Positions 36,555-48,203 of a stretch of DNA of 64,000 nt are shown here, piece after piece. How positions within the stretch are numbered: the first letter of the stretch is position 1; each line of letters opens with the position of its first letter. Made by a program: the position numbers and the translations under genes. The DNA comes from Leucoraja erinacea (Eukaryota): positions 6,262,001-6,326,000 of the forward strand of contig NC_073416.1 of assembly GCF_028641065.1 (NCBI RefSeq), read 5' to 3'. The notes beneath the pieces are model-generated. The model made no database searches, was not told where the DNA came from, and saw nothing but the letters and a program-made list of their open reading frames with translations.

Positions 36555-37390
36555 AAGATACAAGATACATTTAATTGTCATTTGGACCCCTTGAGGTCCA
36601 AACGAAATGCCGTTTCTGCAGCCATACATTACAAACAAATAGACCCAAGACACAACATAATTTACATAAACATCCATCACATCGCTGTGATGGAAGGCCA
36701 AATAAACTTATCTCTCCACTGCACTCTCCCCCCCCCCCCGATGTCAGAGTCAAAGTCAAAGCCCCCGGCTGGCGATGGCAATTGTCCCGCGGCCATTAAA
36801 GCCACGCCGGGTGGTGTGAGGTCGCACACCGGGTCTTGGTGTTAGAGCCCCCGGCGTGCGCTCGCAGAGTCCCGCGGCCATTCCAAGCCGCGCGGGGCGG
36901 TGATGTTAGGCCCCGCTCCAGGAGCTCTTCGACCCCGCAACTCGGGCGGGAGAAGTCGCCGTTGCGAGAGCCCTGAAAAGCGGTCTCCCTCCAGGGACCC
37001 GCGGGCTCCCGGTGCCGCCGTCCGCAGACCTGCAGTTGAAGCCTCCGACTCTCCGGTCAGGCCGCAGCAGCAGCAGCAGCAGCGCGCTCCTCCACTGCTC
37101 CACCCGCTCCGGACTCGGCCAGCTCCGCGACGGTGAGGTGAGTCGTCGGCACCAGAGTCCCCGGTCTCTTCCTGTTGGAGGCCGCTCCTCATTGCAGCCC
37201 CAACGATAACGTAGACTGGACGAGAAAAGGTCGGGTCTCCCGTGTAGGGAGAGATTTAAAAGTTTCCCCCTCCCTCCCACCCCACCCCCCCACACACACC
37301 CACACGAGCCCCAACAACAAATAACAAAAATTACGTAAAAACATAGACAGAAAATAATAAAACGCGGACGGGCTGCAGAGGCCGCTGCTG
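36555..37390 (-). mobile_element. GC/CpG-rich non-autonomous retroelement with a LINE-type tail
   Basis: Abrupt GC-rich block in AT-rich intron; the minus strand ends atgacaattaaatgtatcttgtatctt, resembling the tail of the LINE at 51473. Confidence 0.6.
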
Positions 37391-38459
37391 ACTCTTTTTC
37401 TTTGATTTTGAGGTCCTGAGATAGAATTACAGTAAGAAGCGGCGCAATCAGTTTTGAATTCTCCAAGTGAGGTTGCAGGAGTCTAGGAGGAACAAGAAAA
37501 AATTTCACAAGACTACTGAATATATCAATGTAAATTTTGCTTTTATTAAAATAAATAGAAAATGAGTGGTTAAGAGAATTGACAAACAGCAAACTTTTTC
37601 TCGCATCATATCTGGAAACCTGCAAGGAGAATCAACTCCTTTTACAATGGGATCTGCACTCAAAAGTTGTTTGATACACATGATGTTAATAAAGAGTTAA
37701 GAGCTAATAAGGAGGGAAGAGGGGCGCAATGTTTTACGAATAGCCTTGCTATTTGTGCGGGGTGGTAGGCATAGTTTAAGATCGGGTAATATGGAACATT
37801 TAAAAAAAATTAAGAATAGGGAGCTATCAATGATAAAGGGGGGAGTAACACGAGTCAGACATTGCAATGGAAAAGGAACGTGGATTACAGCATGAGAACC
37901 CGTGGCCTTTAGTCCTGAAAACGATGCAGCTTGCAATGAAGTTGACAATATATGTTGAAGAGAGCTTTTTTTTTTTGACTGTTTTATAAATCATCATTCA
38001 AGATTGCTTCTTTAAAGTTATCTTGACATTGTTTCTATTAAAGTGTATATTTTGCTTAAATTGGCTTTTACAAATAAAAATGTTAACCTTTTTCAGGGTC
38101 TTCACTTCAATAATACTCCTTTGTGCGTATATATTTCAGCAGTATGTCTTGATTTGTCTCTAACATGCTAATTTGTACATTTAAAGATATTCGTTTACTG
38201 TTCAAAACATACCTGCCATTTTTAATTTGTTAAAGTCGATATTTACTTTAGCATCTCTGGCATTGTACTTGCACACAGATGGCAGATCAAAATGTGTGTT
38301 TGAAGTAGAATTTAAGCGACCAATTCTGAAAGGATTATTTTTTTAAATTCTGCTGCATAGCAAAAAATTTCCATAATAGTTACGGTAATTACATCTGCTG
38401 TGGAATTCTATGTGAAAACAAAGATCAGCTTTTCAAGTGGCTATGCTACCGTTTTAACG

Positions 38460-38680
38460 TGATAGACATGAAAAGCTGTGGTAACTCAGCGCGTCAGACA
38501 GCATCTCTGGAGAAAAGGAATAGGTGACATTTTGGGTCGAGACCCTTCTTCAGAAGATCCATAGGGTCTCGTCCCGAAACGTCACCTATTCCTTTTCTCC
38601 AGAGATTCTGTCTGAGCCACTAAGTTACTCCAGGTTTTTGCGTCTACGATTTAAACCAGCATCTGCAGTTCCTTCCTACG
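38460..38680. mobile_element. Penelope-derived palindromic repeat
   Basis: Same unit as 5763 and 35357, inverted pair. Confidence 0.75.
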
Positions 38681-39200
38681 CTTTTAATGAGGTCGGCTGA
38701 CTCTGAGTTTAATCAGCACTACTTCTTCATAATCTTCTTTAACATGTTGCTTCAGGAATTTGTTTCTAGTACTGATTCTAACGTCCTGCATTTACAAATT
38801 ACTATAAAAATCACTTGCAGTATGAATTTAATTTTTTCCATGCGTGTACTGTCTGGAGTGCAATAATCGAGAAGACATGTTTACTTTGTTATGCCGGTGT
38901 CTTTTTCAGGAAAACTCAAAGCATTGGTATTTGCGATATTAAAAGCAAAACTGCCGACTTAATACTGCTTATCTCTTTTTAAATATTAATATAAACCTTG
39001 ATGTTCCACTGGTAACTTGCTGTAAGTATTTTCTATTGAATTAACGATGTAGGAACAGCTACAATATTTTGTGAGAAAGGGATTAAGCTAAATTACTTTG
39101 TAGATGAATCTCTTATTTATTGTAAAAGACCTGGCTTCTTTTTCTTTTACAGTTGTTTATTGAGAGCCTTGGCTGAGTAGCGCAGAAATATTCTGGAAGC

Positions 39201-40739
39201 ATGTCCGAGAACGACACTGATAATTTAGTCAACAGCGGCAAAAATGAGCCTGGCAAGAGCAAACGGAATGTTTGCCGAGACTTTCTGCGCAATGTCTGCA
39301 CTCGTGGTAAGAATTGCAGGTACTTCCACCCTGACAATGTTGAGGCCTCCGACCTTGCCGACATAAGGAACGACACTGATAATTTAGTCATCATTACCAA
39401 TGACGAAGCTGGCAAAAACAAATCGTACATTTGCCGAGACTTTCTGCGCAATACCTGCAGCCGTGGTAAGAATTGCAGGTATTTCCATCCAGATGATATT
39501 GAGCCCTCTGTCCTCGCTGATGTAAGAAACGACATTGATAATTTAGTCAACTTTGGCAATGATGAGGCTGACAAAAGCAATCTGAATATATGCCGAGACT
39601 TTCAGCGGAATCTCTGCAATCGTGGTAAGAATTGCAGATATTTTCACCCAGATGATATTGAGGTCTCCAACCATGCTGACCTAAGTGATGACGCTGATAA
39701 TTTCGTGAATAATAGCAAATTTGATGCGAGCAAGAGCAAAAGGAATGTTTGTCGTGACTTTCTGCGCAATGTCTGCACCCGTGGTAAGAATTGCAGGTAT
39801 TTTCACCCGGATAATGTTGAATCCTATGATGTAGGTGATATGCGGCATGAGTCTATCTTTTGTCAGTACTTTCAAAATAGCAAATGTACCCGTGAGAACT
39901 GCACGTTCATTCACGGGACAAAGGGTGAAGAGAATTATTACAATAAAACAGGAAAGCTTCCTTCCCACTTACAAAAGACAGTGGCTGTGACATTTGGGCT
40001 CTCGCCCTCCAATTTGCCTCTTATTACAAAGGAAGTCCCATTCTGCCGTGACTTTCTAAAAGGCAAATGTCGAAGAGGATCCAAGTGTAAATTCCAGCAC
40101 TTGAAACGCGATGACAATGATAAGACCAGTATAGAAAATGTGTCACAAAATAAAGAAGCTTCTCCTGAGATCTGTAGATATGACCGTTTGGATGACCTGT
40201 ATGAGACGGAGAAATGTGATGTTGACCAAACTCCAAAAAGGAAAAGAACGGAGGGTCTACGGTTTGAAGTATTTGATTACAGCATCCCCAATCTGCGTCC
40301 AGTTGAAATGAATTTTTTGGAGGAGGAAAACCATATGCTCAGAATGCGCAATGAGGAGCTTAAGAAGCAGGTGTCAAGCCTAAAGATTACAAATGAGGTA
40401 CTTCTGGAGCAAAATGCTGATTTACGCAAGCAAGTGAAACTGGGGATCCTGACCACAGGGACTGACCCAACACAATCACCAGCTATGCACGCTGTTACCA
40501 ATTATAATCATAGTATAGTGGAGACTCACACCACCCTGAGCAACCAGGTCGTGAGATCACAGTCTATTTCTCATCAAGAATTGATAGCGCAAGCTAGAGC
40601 TCATAATGCTTTATGTTCTGAAGCTACATCCCAAAGTCCACCCTGTCTTAGTGCTGCTCTCTCGACACCTTATGCCCAAGGGGTGGCTTCACCAGTTTCA
40701 ATCGCACAATTGCCATCTCAGTTGCACCATTGGCAGTGA
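39201..40739 (+). CDS. ZC3H10-like paralogue with six CCCH fingers (512 aa)
   Basis: Four C-x7-C-x5-C-x3-H fingers, then CQYFQNSKCTRENCTFIH, CRDFLKGKCRRGSKCKFQH, PKRKR and coiled coil LEEENHMLRMRNEELKKQVSSL; acceptor ttttcttttacag| ending at 39152. Confidence 0.9.
   Translation: MSENDTDNLVNSGKNEPGKSKRNVCRDFLRNVCTRGKNCRYFHPDNVEASDLADIRNDTDNLVIITNDEAGKNKSYICRDFLRNTCSRGKNCRYFHPDDIEPSVLADVRNDIDNLVNFGNDEADKSNLNICRDFQRNLCNRGKNCRYFHPDDIEVSNHADLSDDADNFVNNSKFDASKSKRNVCRDFLRNVCTRGKNCRYFHPDNVESYDVGDMRHESIFCQYFQNSKCTRENCTFIHGTKGEENYYNKTGKLPSHLQKTVAVTFGLSPSNLPLITKEVPFCRDFLKGKCRRGSKCKFQHLKRDDNDKTSIENVSQNKEASPEICRYDRLDDLYETEKCDVDQTPKRKRTEGLRFEVFDYSIPNLRPVEMNFLEEENHMLRMRNEELKKQVSSLKITNEVLLEQNADLRKQVKLGILTTGTDPTQSPAMHAVTNYNHSIVETHTTLSNQVVRSQSISHQELIAQARAHNALCSEATSQSPPCLSAALSTPYAQGVASPVSIAQLPSQLHHWQ
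39210..39845 (+). repeat. Coding tandem repeat, 4 x 159 bp (53 aa), one CCCH finger per unit
   Basis: Units start at 39210, 39369, 39528 and 39687 (NDTDNLV / NDTDNLV / NDIDNLV / DDADNFV). Confidence 0.95.
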
Positions 40740-41639
40740 CGCAATCGCTCCCAGAAATTGCCATGAATTATACCATCACTCAAATGGTCAGTTATCCAAA
40801 TGCATCACAAAATATGAAGTTCCTCTGTCGTGCAGAGGATAGTTGAGATTAGAAGGCATTTAATTTGAAGCTTTACAAGAGATTTCTATTTCTTATTGGT
40901 TCCCAGGGCAATTGCAAAAAGTGAGTCAAGTATGATTGTTAAAGAGGGAGTCTCACCATCACCAACCCTTTTGCAAAGTCAAAAATGAAATGATGAGAAT
41001 TTGTGTTTTCTGTCTCGTTTGTTGCTGTTTAACTCGTCTGGAGAACAGGTTGCGCAGAATTGTACCTCAGCAGTAGTAGCAAATGGAAGTTGAAACGTGC
41101 TTCAATTTGCAGCCATATATGTCGCAAATTTCTTTTGGTGGGGGGGAAGAAAGATTGAATTGAACTCAAGTTTTTGAATTCTTTGAAACCTTTTTTTGAT
41201 TTGCTCATGTTGTAAGCTCTGGTGCAAATGAAAGCAAAGTCTTTGACAGCGCATTGCAATGCCCACACCAACTCAAGCTTTCCAACTGCAGCAGCAGTGG
41301 GATAAGGTTTTGTCTGCAAATATGGCTGCTTTCTTTTGCTCATGTAAAATTGGTTTCAATCAACATCAAAACATCAACTTTCTAAAAACACTTGTACATG
41401 CGCTTAAAGAGCATTGTGCCTTTACAACTTTTTTAATCGCTTTTTTTTAAGACACAAAATTATTATAAAACTACAAAAAATTTACCCTCATTCACTTCTT
41501 CATACCACCCAACCAAAAATATAATCCTCTGCTGCTTTGATTGTGGTCAGAGCAGAAATTAAAGAATGCAGAAAATGACGCCATGGCTCCCTTTTCTCCC
41601 TCTTGTTGGAGAACTGTCTTGCAGCATAAATGCAATTAG

Positions 41640-41897
41640 TGTAATGGATGGGATTTATATAGCGCCTTTCTAGATACTCAAGGCGCTTTACATCGCATTA
41701 TTCATTCACTCCTCAGTCACACTCGGTGGTGGTGAGCTACTTCTGTAGCCACAGCTGCCCTGGGCAGACTGACGGGAGCGTGGCTGCTAATCTGCGCCTA
41801 CGGTCCCTCCGACCACCACCAGTCACTCTCACACATTCACACACAGGCAAAGGCGGGTGAAGTGTCTTGCCTAAGGACACAACGACAGTATGCATTC
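41640..41897 (-). mobile_element. 5'-truncated SINE with L2-type tail, resembling teleost AFC-like SINEs
   Basis: gtgtccttaggcaagacacttcaccc core, cagggcagctgtggctaca, and tail tgtaaagcgccttgagtatctagaaaggcgctatataaat on the minus strand. Confidence 0.7.
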
Positions 41898-44800
41898 CAA
41901 GTATGACAGTTTTACCCACAGATGGAGGGAATGCAAAACTATAACATAATGGTGTCTTTGTTTAAATGTAGCAATGAGCCAGGCAACCACTTGGGGCTAA
42001 TTTCCATTGAGGGTACTGGAAGTAAGATCCCTAATGCACCTTGGGTTAATAAGAGCAGCTACCGATGATCATCAAGTTCTTTTCAGATGTCTTGCTCCAA
42101 AATTTCTCAAATTTCTCACTCTAAACTACAAATTGTATTAATAATTTATATGAAGCAAAAAAAACAACGTTATCTTCTACAAGGTATACTGATGGCAAGA
42201 CTTCATATAAGTCTGTTAAATACAGAAATCTGCAAAAATAACTGATGGAGTGAGGGGCTGTGTCAAAACAGACAATTCAAAGTGACCGTGAATAAACTTT
42301 CCCATCCTCTTAACATTGTAAGATTATTTTTTTTGGTTGATTACTGATGTATTTTAAAACATTTTTAAACTGATCCTATGCCACAAATTTCTCTTTTTAA
42401 TCTGAAATTACATTTGGGATTATTACTGGGAACAAAATAGTAATATCCCCTACTTTACCAAGTAAAAGTATTCTGATCTTTTCAAACATTTTTGTAACCA
42501 GCCCATTTCTCAGTAAACGTGTGTGGAAACGTTTTTTTAAGAAAGTCATGTACGTTTAGTGTTTTCCTAATTAAACACTCACTGTGCTTCTCAAGTCTTC
42601 AAGTAACACGTTATATTTTTTGCAAATAGTTTTTCTCTAATCATTGCATTTGTTATTCACACCTTGACTATATTTTTTATTTCAAAGCTGTGCAAGTCCT
42701 CTGTAGATTGGGCTACAAAAAGCATTTTCAGAAATAAAATGAGTACATGTTCACCATAAACAGTCACTGAGGCCACCAAGGATATTAAAGTGAAGCAAGA
42801 ATAATTGGGGTGCAAGCTTCGAAAGCAGAGTTAAATGTAAATGTAATACATACAGATTTGGTTTGGTGCCTGGAACGTGGAGACTAGGTGTTGGTCAATA
42901 AATAAGCAGGACCAGAAAAGCAGCAGAAGATGTGGAGAAACAATTGCTAGTTTCTTATATTTGATGTATTATTGGAAGGTTGATGCTCAGCACTTGTAAA
43001 TTGCCATGCCGTTTTCTCATCTGGCTGGGATGCTCCCTGTCAGATGCCTCATTGTACTAGCTCATTGTCAGTCAGGATTCGGGGGGTGTCTGCTGTTTCC
43101 TGCGTTCACTGTGTAACAATTAAGTTGCAAAACCAATGAGAGAAAATAAATACACATTCATATAAAAACTCACTATATAGATGCTATATAGTATATGTAA
43201 ACGTGTATATATGTGATTTGTATAAAATATATTTTATTCATGGACAGTATAAACATGCATCAACGGTTATTATCTAACTATTCCTGTTGAAAATGCTTGT
43301 GGATGGTGAGGATATAATCTGACTCTGCAAAATATGCTACCTGGGCTCATGAATTTAAATAGCTTGACCACATTGTGTCTGTACCTTTTGAATGAAAAAT
43401 ATGATAATAGAAAATTGCCAGAGAAAAAAGGGGAAGTCTTGTAATGAAGCACACATTAGAAAAGCAGAATGCAGCAAATAACCTGGCATTTACTATAATG
43501 TCCTGACTGGTTCTCAATTTAGGTGTTAATTTATGACTGATTTGCATGACTAGTGCATAATTGTGCCCATTTAATTTTTCCTTGCTCAAACAAAATATAC
43601 CAATGAGTAAGTTGTAAGGAGGAGGTATGAGTTAGTGATATTCTAATGATGAACCTATTCCTGCATATTACTGTCATAATGTTAATTTTGCAATTTTTTA
43701 ATTAAAACTTTTAATCAATATTTTTGACTTGGAAGACAATAGATTTCTAACTTACCACAATGTGCGTGGGAAGTTATATGTGATGGTATTTCTGCCAGTC
43801 AGTCAGTGATATTGAAAATAGACTTTGTGGGGAGGGATTAAAAGGCCAACACCAACAGTGAGATATTTGGCACATGTGCTTCTGTAAACCATGGTTTTAA
43901 AATACAGCTAACACTTTACTATATTGAGAATCCCTGAGATTTTACAACACAGCAACTAACGTCCAAGATTAGTTAACTGCGGCCAAAAAATCCAAAACTA
44001 CAGCAATTCAAGATATGTTTTAAAAGCCCAGTAAACCCATTTTGTCCGTTTTTGAACTGATGCATTGCTATTGTAAATACCTATTGTCAATGATGCCTGA
44101 TGTTCATGAAAAGTTATGATTTATTGAGAACTTGCAGATGTTTTACTGTTGGTATCCTGCAATTGGTGAACACTATGTGTAAATACTATAAACTATGTAT
44201 TAAAGTGAATGTACAGTGATGTTGTCAGTTATATTGTTTGGATTAAAACTGATTCAGGACCAGAAGTGGTGAGTTTACATTCTTTTTGAAGGATTCAACT
44301 GGACTTGGAAGACATGTTTTAATTGTGTTTCTCCATTGGGGTACACATGATGTTATTTTTGAATGAACTTTGAGTACAACTGTAGCTGACAGTTTTCTTT
44401 TGTATCTTGATATGTGTAAATTGTAAATGTATTTAAACACATTATGATAACATTTAAAAAGCACTATTTCCACAGAGTATAACGAGTACACATGTTGTCA
44501 GTTAATTTATTTTTAGCCCTTGACATTGGTAATTATTTCAATTTATGAAGGGTATTTTCACATGAAGCAGAAAAATAATCTGGGCTGTTTCGCAAGTCTG
44601 CTTTGATTTTGATCTTGAGAAAACCCGCTAACTATGGTTCAATGTCCACATGCTATATACGGACACAATCATGGAAGGTGTAAATTGGGGGGGAAAACAA
44701 CAAAATCTGTATAGAGAAAGAAACCTGTACATGCAGTCTTGCCCCCCACCCCTCGTACAAGCCATAAAACCGAGAGAAGGAACTGGACAGCGATCAAATG

Positions 44801-45240
44801 CTTCCTCAGAGTGAAATTATATGGGGTCAGCGGAAGAATATGTCTCCAAGATGTTCTGTGTGCCAGCACCAGTTTCAGCGCAGTACAAGTAAACGCTGGG
44901 CGCAGGACATTCACTTTTTAATCTATAGATGCTGTAATGCACAAGACCTTTTATAGAAAAATCAGTTTCTTGCTGAACAAATGGAGAAACAAATTGTACT
45001 TCTGTTGGATGCTGGTGTGTGTATTTCCGTTTTTAATCACACCATTCTCATGAAATTGATTCACTGGATTTCAAAGTATTGTAAATAATTAATTCCATTT
45101 ACCAATGTTCTGAGATGCCTTTTTGGTTTTCTACTCTGCATATGAAATCCACTTATTTGTATTAACATATTTATACTTTTTCTTCTGGAATAAACTTGAA
45201 TCCTTGCATAAGCCGGGGTCAGGGAGATGGCTCAATTAAT

Positions 45241-45430
45241 TGACACAAAAAGCTGGAGTAACTCAGCGGGACAGGCAGCATCTCTGGAGCGAAGGAATGG
45301 GTGACATTTTGGGTTGAGACCCGAAACGTCACACATTCCTTTTCTCCAGGGATGCTGCCTGTCCTGCTGAGTTACTCCAGCTTTTTGTGTCCATCTTCAG
45401 TATAAACCAGCATTTGCAGTTTCTCCCTAC
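45241..45430. mobile_element. Penelope-derived palindromic repeat
   Basis: gacacaaaaagctggagtaactcagc...gctgagttactccagctttttgtgtc. Confidence 0.75.
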
Positions 45431-48203
45431 AAATTACTCCATCTATAGTCTGGCCTAAAATGATAGCTGTGTACCCTTATTGTTTGATAATGATTCCTCT
45501 TGTTGCTTGCATTGTGCTTTGAGCTGTAGCCGGATGTACTCCACCGGATAGGAGGATAGCATGATGTGGTTGTTGCAGTGAAGAACATTTTACCAGTTTT
45601 ACCTAACCCTGCTCTTGTTCATAATCTTTGCTTTGTTCTTGAATAGAATTCAAATCAATCCCCACCAAAATCTTAGCAAATGGCCAGGTAAAAGTCAAAG
45701 CAAATATCAAATTTGTTATTCACTGCAAATTTAATAATACACCACGTCAACATCTATGCAATTAACAACTTCAGTTTAGAATATAGTAAATCCACTACAA
45801 AAGGAGCTGGAAGATTGTCAAATGATTGAAATTTGCAACATTTATTCTTTGCTTCTTGTCTTTGCACATTGGAGCATTGCTGATAACATTGCTCCAATGT
45901 TACCAGGAAAGAGGATGCTGTACAAGTTGCCAGGTGTCCGCTTTTCTTTTTAAAATATTCTGATATGTACAATAAAAGACAAAGTATTCAAGTAACTCAG
46001 CAGGTCAGGCAGCATCTCTGGAGAACACTGATAGGTGATGTTTGAAGTCGGGACCCTACTGAAGAGTTGCTGTCTGTTCCACTGAGTTATTCCAACACTT
46101 TGTGTCTTTATTTTGTACACCAGTATCTGCAGTTCCTTGTGTTTACTTCTTGTAAGTTGTGTGTACTTCATGTTCATGAATTGGGTAAGAATTAAAGTTC
46201 AACTTTTAAGATTTAAGTGCACAATCTCAGCTGACACTGCAGCCACACTGGGGGAATAAACCCTGTTGATTCGAATAGCCCTGGACCCCAATAATCCTAC
46301 CATTCTTAAACAACAGGCACCTATTGCATCCTGTTACATTTTGTTAACCATCTTGCTGCAGCTCTTCAAATGTTAAATAAATTTGAGGATTAAAATCAAA
46401 TAGCAGGGTTAAAGAATATATACAAAAAAAACAACAATATATCATTATAGAATTGTGAAAATAACAAAGTTTTTATTGCAATTCCCCAAATCCTAGTACA
46501 AGTCATGCAATATCATGCAATGAAGATTGAATTTGATTTATTCAGTCACTGTACATACCCTGGAATAAGTATTTTTTAAAGAATAAAACATTGAACTCTC
46601 AGCCGCACATGGATCCACACCTATATAATCTATCTATTACATGATCGTGTATGTACCATAGTTTAAATTAAATGTTATTCCTACAATGCTTAAAATACAA
46701 ATAAGTCAAATGCGTTTCATCAGCCAAGTTTCCCATTGTTAATTTGCACAAATATTGATGTGATTAAACTGGCAAAAGCTACTGCTATTAATCAAGAACT
46801 GTGAGCTTGCACAGAGTTGGACCATCTGAAAATTAGGGCAAAACTAACAATTTGTACTAATAAATGTAGTAATTTTTTGATTTTTAAATTTTCCAAAAAA
46901 TCCTACTGGATTTTTTCCTGAAAAAAATAGATTTTAAAACTGAAAGATGCCAACAGGTATAGAAATCGAGTTTCATCCCTTGAGTATATTTTCTCAAATT
47001 TCATTATTAAGCAAGGATACTGTGACAATTAAGATAATTTTATTTGCAACTTATATGTACACTCCAATGTCTTCAAACAAATATTTTACCAATATCAAGG
47101 TTAAAATGGCTTCTGCAACTGCATGATGTAAAGTTTTTTTTTCCCCACTATGCATGAAATGAATCGGGCGCCAAGCAAGCCAGCACTATTGATTACCAAT
47201 ATTGTATACGTTTGGGGAAATTGACATTTCCATCCAAATAACATCCAAACGCTAGAAACAGTTGTCACAAGTACGGTGAGAGTTAATCTGATTTTAGTAC
47301 AGATCTCGCCTACAAACTACAGGTGGATTTTGATATGCTTTTGAGTATATAGCTGCTTTAAAAAAAAATTTTTTAAAGTGCCTTTCCTTAATAGATCTGT
47401 AGAGAAGACCACTGGAAGGAGCAGAATTGACTGGTTTGTCTGTTTGACTCTTTACTGAACCGATAGGGTTACTACATTGATTGCTGTGACTTGAGAACAA
47501 TTTGTTTATTTCCCCCTCATTTCTGTTGATGGATCTCGACAAATAAATATTTGATCATTATGCCTGTCATATAAGTGTCTAGTGTGACTTGTTAATAATT
47601 TTAATTGACACATTTCATTTAGATTCCTGCAATGTAATCCAAAAATAAATGAGATGTTTCTGCTCCAAGAGACTACAATCCCTGGGTACTTTGACTCAAG
47701 GCCTTCATTCAGGTCACAGGAAGTGCAGACCTACGTATAAGTACTAGCATTTGCAATGGATGTGACAATATATTTAGAGTTCCAAATCGTCATATAAATA
47801 TGAAAGCAGGAGAAGGATAATTTGCACTCCTAAACCAGGTGCTTAAATTGGAAGCTGCAAAACAATGCAAGGATCCACACAAAATAAATGTGAAAAAGAA
47901 AGCATATGCATATTTAAAGCTAATGGAAACTGGATGCAGTGGCAGCAAGAACATGAAGGTATATTAACTTCTCAAGGAATTTCAGGTGAGTAAAAATACC
48001 ACAGTTCAAGCCTGTGGTCTGGTATGTATGGTAAATTATTATTTGGGGCGCTAACACAAAATAAGCAAAAGTAAATCGGCTGCCAATTTTTTTTTTTCTT
48101 TCCCCAAGTTGTCAGGCCATTTGTGGCTCATTCTAACCTGAGTGGAAAGGTCCTGGATTAAAACTTCATCGCAGTACTAAGGGAGTACTTCATGATAAAG
48201 GTT

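Noticed and set aside
36575-37625. Several overlapping GC-rich ORFs, including the 239-aa ORF 36906-37625
   Set aside because: They lie in a repeat insertion; low-complexity translations with no recognisable domain
39113-40501. Antisense ORFs over the paralogue (and likewise over ZC3H10)
   Set aside because: Expected shadows; their periodicity just mirrors the 159-bp repeat
40695-40720. Programmed -1 ribosomal frameshift restoring the paralogue's tail
   Set aside because: No X-XXY-YYZ slippery heptamer at the shift; a simple deletion or assembly error explains it
41073-41095. Possible 3' UTR homology with ZC3H10 (gtagtagcaaatggaagttgaaa versus the minus strand of 21854-21876)
   Set aside because: Too short and gapped to separate from chance without an alignment
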